Positions 62,851 to 64,000 of a stretch of DNA of 64,000 nt are shown here, piece by piece (position 1 is the stretch's first letter; each line of letters begins with the position of its first letter). Source of the DNA: Leucoraja erinacea (lineage: Eukaryota). The translations under genes and the position numbers were made by a program. The notes below the pieces were generated by a model. It worked only from the letters and a program-made list of their open reading frames with translations. It did no database searches and had not been told where the DNA came from. The stretch lies in NCBI RefSeq assembly GCF_028641065.1, contig NC_073400.1:32736001-32800000 (forward strand), read 5' to 3'.

Positions 62851-63429
62851 ACTGATGTTAGATTAGGTTAGATTTACCTCTTGGGCTAACGGAATCAAGG
62901 GATATGAGAGAAGGCAGGAATGGGGTACTGATTGCGGATGATCAGCCATGATCACATTGAATGGCGGTGCTGGCTCGAAGGGCTGAATGGCCTACTCCTG
63001 CACCTATTGTCTATGTTTCTATCGAGTCTACTCCGCCATTCAATCATGGCTGATCTATCTCTCCCTCCTAACCCCATTCTCCTGCCTTCTTCCCATAACC
63101 TCTGACACCCGTACTAATCAAGAATCTGTCTATATCTGCCTTAAAAATATCCACTAACTTGGCCTCCACAGCCGTCTGTGGCAAAGAATTCCACAGATTC
63201 ACCACCCTCTGACTAAAGAAATTTCTCCTCATCTCCTTCCTTTAATTCTGAGGCTGTGCCCTCTAGTCCTAGACTCTCCCATTAGTGGAAACATCCTCTC
63301 CACATCCACTCTATCCTGGGCTTTCAGTATTCTGTACATTTCAATGAGGTCCCCTCTCATCCTTCTAAACTCCAGCGAGTACAGGCCCAGTGCCGACAAA
63401 CGCTCATGGTAGGTTTGCCCGCTCATTCC

Positions 63430-63736
63430 TGGCACGCTGACCGGTTGCACCGTGACCTGGTTCGGCAACTTGAGCGTCCAGGAGTGGAAAAAAATGTTGT
63501 GACCACTGCCCAGTCCATCATCGGCTCTGACCTCCCCACCATCGAGGGATCTATCGCAGTCGCTGCCTCAAAAAGGCTGGCAGCATCATCAAGGACCCAC
63601 ACCATCCAGGCCACACACACTCATCTCTCCGCTACCATCAGGAGCCTGAAATCTGCAACATCCAGGTTCAGGAACAGCTCCTTCCCCACAGCCATCAGGC
63701 TATTAAACTCACCATCAAACAAACTCTGAACTATAA
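63430..63736 (+). mobile_element. Rex1/Babar-like LINE 3' fragment
   Basis: TAQSIIGSDLPTIE...SRFRNSSFPTAIRLLN. Confidence 0.65.
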
Positions 63737-63932
63737 GGTCACCCCCCATCAGTCTGAAGAAGGGTTTCGGCCCAAAACGTCGCCTATTTCCTTCGCTCCA
63801 TAGATGCTGCTGCACCCGCTGAGTTTCTCCAGCATTTTTGTCTACCTTCGATTTTCCAGCATCTGCAGTTCCTTCTTAAAAGACTCTGAACTATAACAGC
63901 TTATTGTACTTGGCTGCTTATTTATTTATTTA

Positions 63933-63935
<3 letters not shown>

Positions 63936-64000
<65 letters not shown>
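63936..64000. repeat. (TG)n microsatellite running off the window end
   Basis: Direct reading. Confidence 0.9.

Overview
Repeat-rich vertebrate genomic window, most likely from a cartilaginous fish (skate/ray-like). That assignment is inferred from the repeat complement: V-SINE/HE1-like tRNA SINEs, CR1/HER1-like LINE tails, Rex1/Babar and Penelope-like fragments. It contains six N gaps. Three spliced protein-coding genes were reconstructed by hand from splice sites and translation. (1) ATP5PB (ATP synthase peripheral stalk subunit b), minus strand, exons 1-5 (8217->2254); the remaining exons were not found and presumably lie left of the window. (2) WDR77/MEP50, plus strand, complete 10-exon CDS 8545-19742 (966 nt, 321 aa), head-to-head with ATP5PB across a 327-bp GC-rich promoter built from tandem TGACG motifs and two YY1-like sites. 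(3) A C6orf132-like proline-rich gene, minus strand, 5 exons (49862->27477), convergent with WDR77, whose large exon 4 has apparent homopolymer frameshifts. The most interesting non-genic signal is a Penelope-like retroelement system: GIY-YIG endonuclease fragments, many terminal-repeat copies carrying a minimal hammerhead-ribozyme motif, short fold-back derivatives flanked by 13-15 bp target-site duplications, and a recurrent composite cassette (66-bp tandem units plus a long palindrome) present four times. Four PIF/Harbinger-type MITEs, nested insertions, telomere-like tracts and minisatellites are also present. Exon coordinates were counted base by base; repeat boundaries are approximate.
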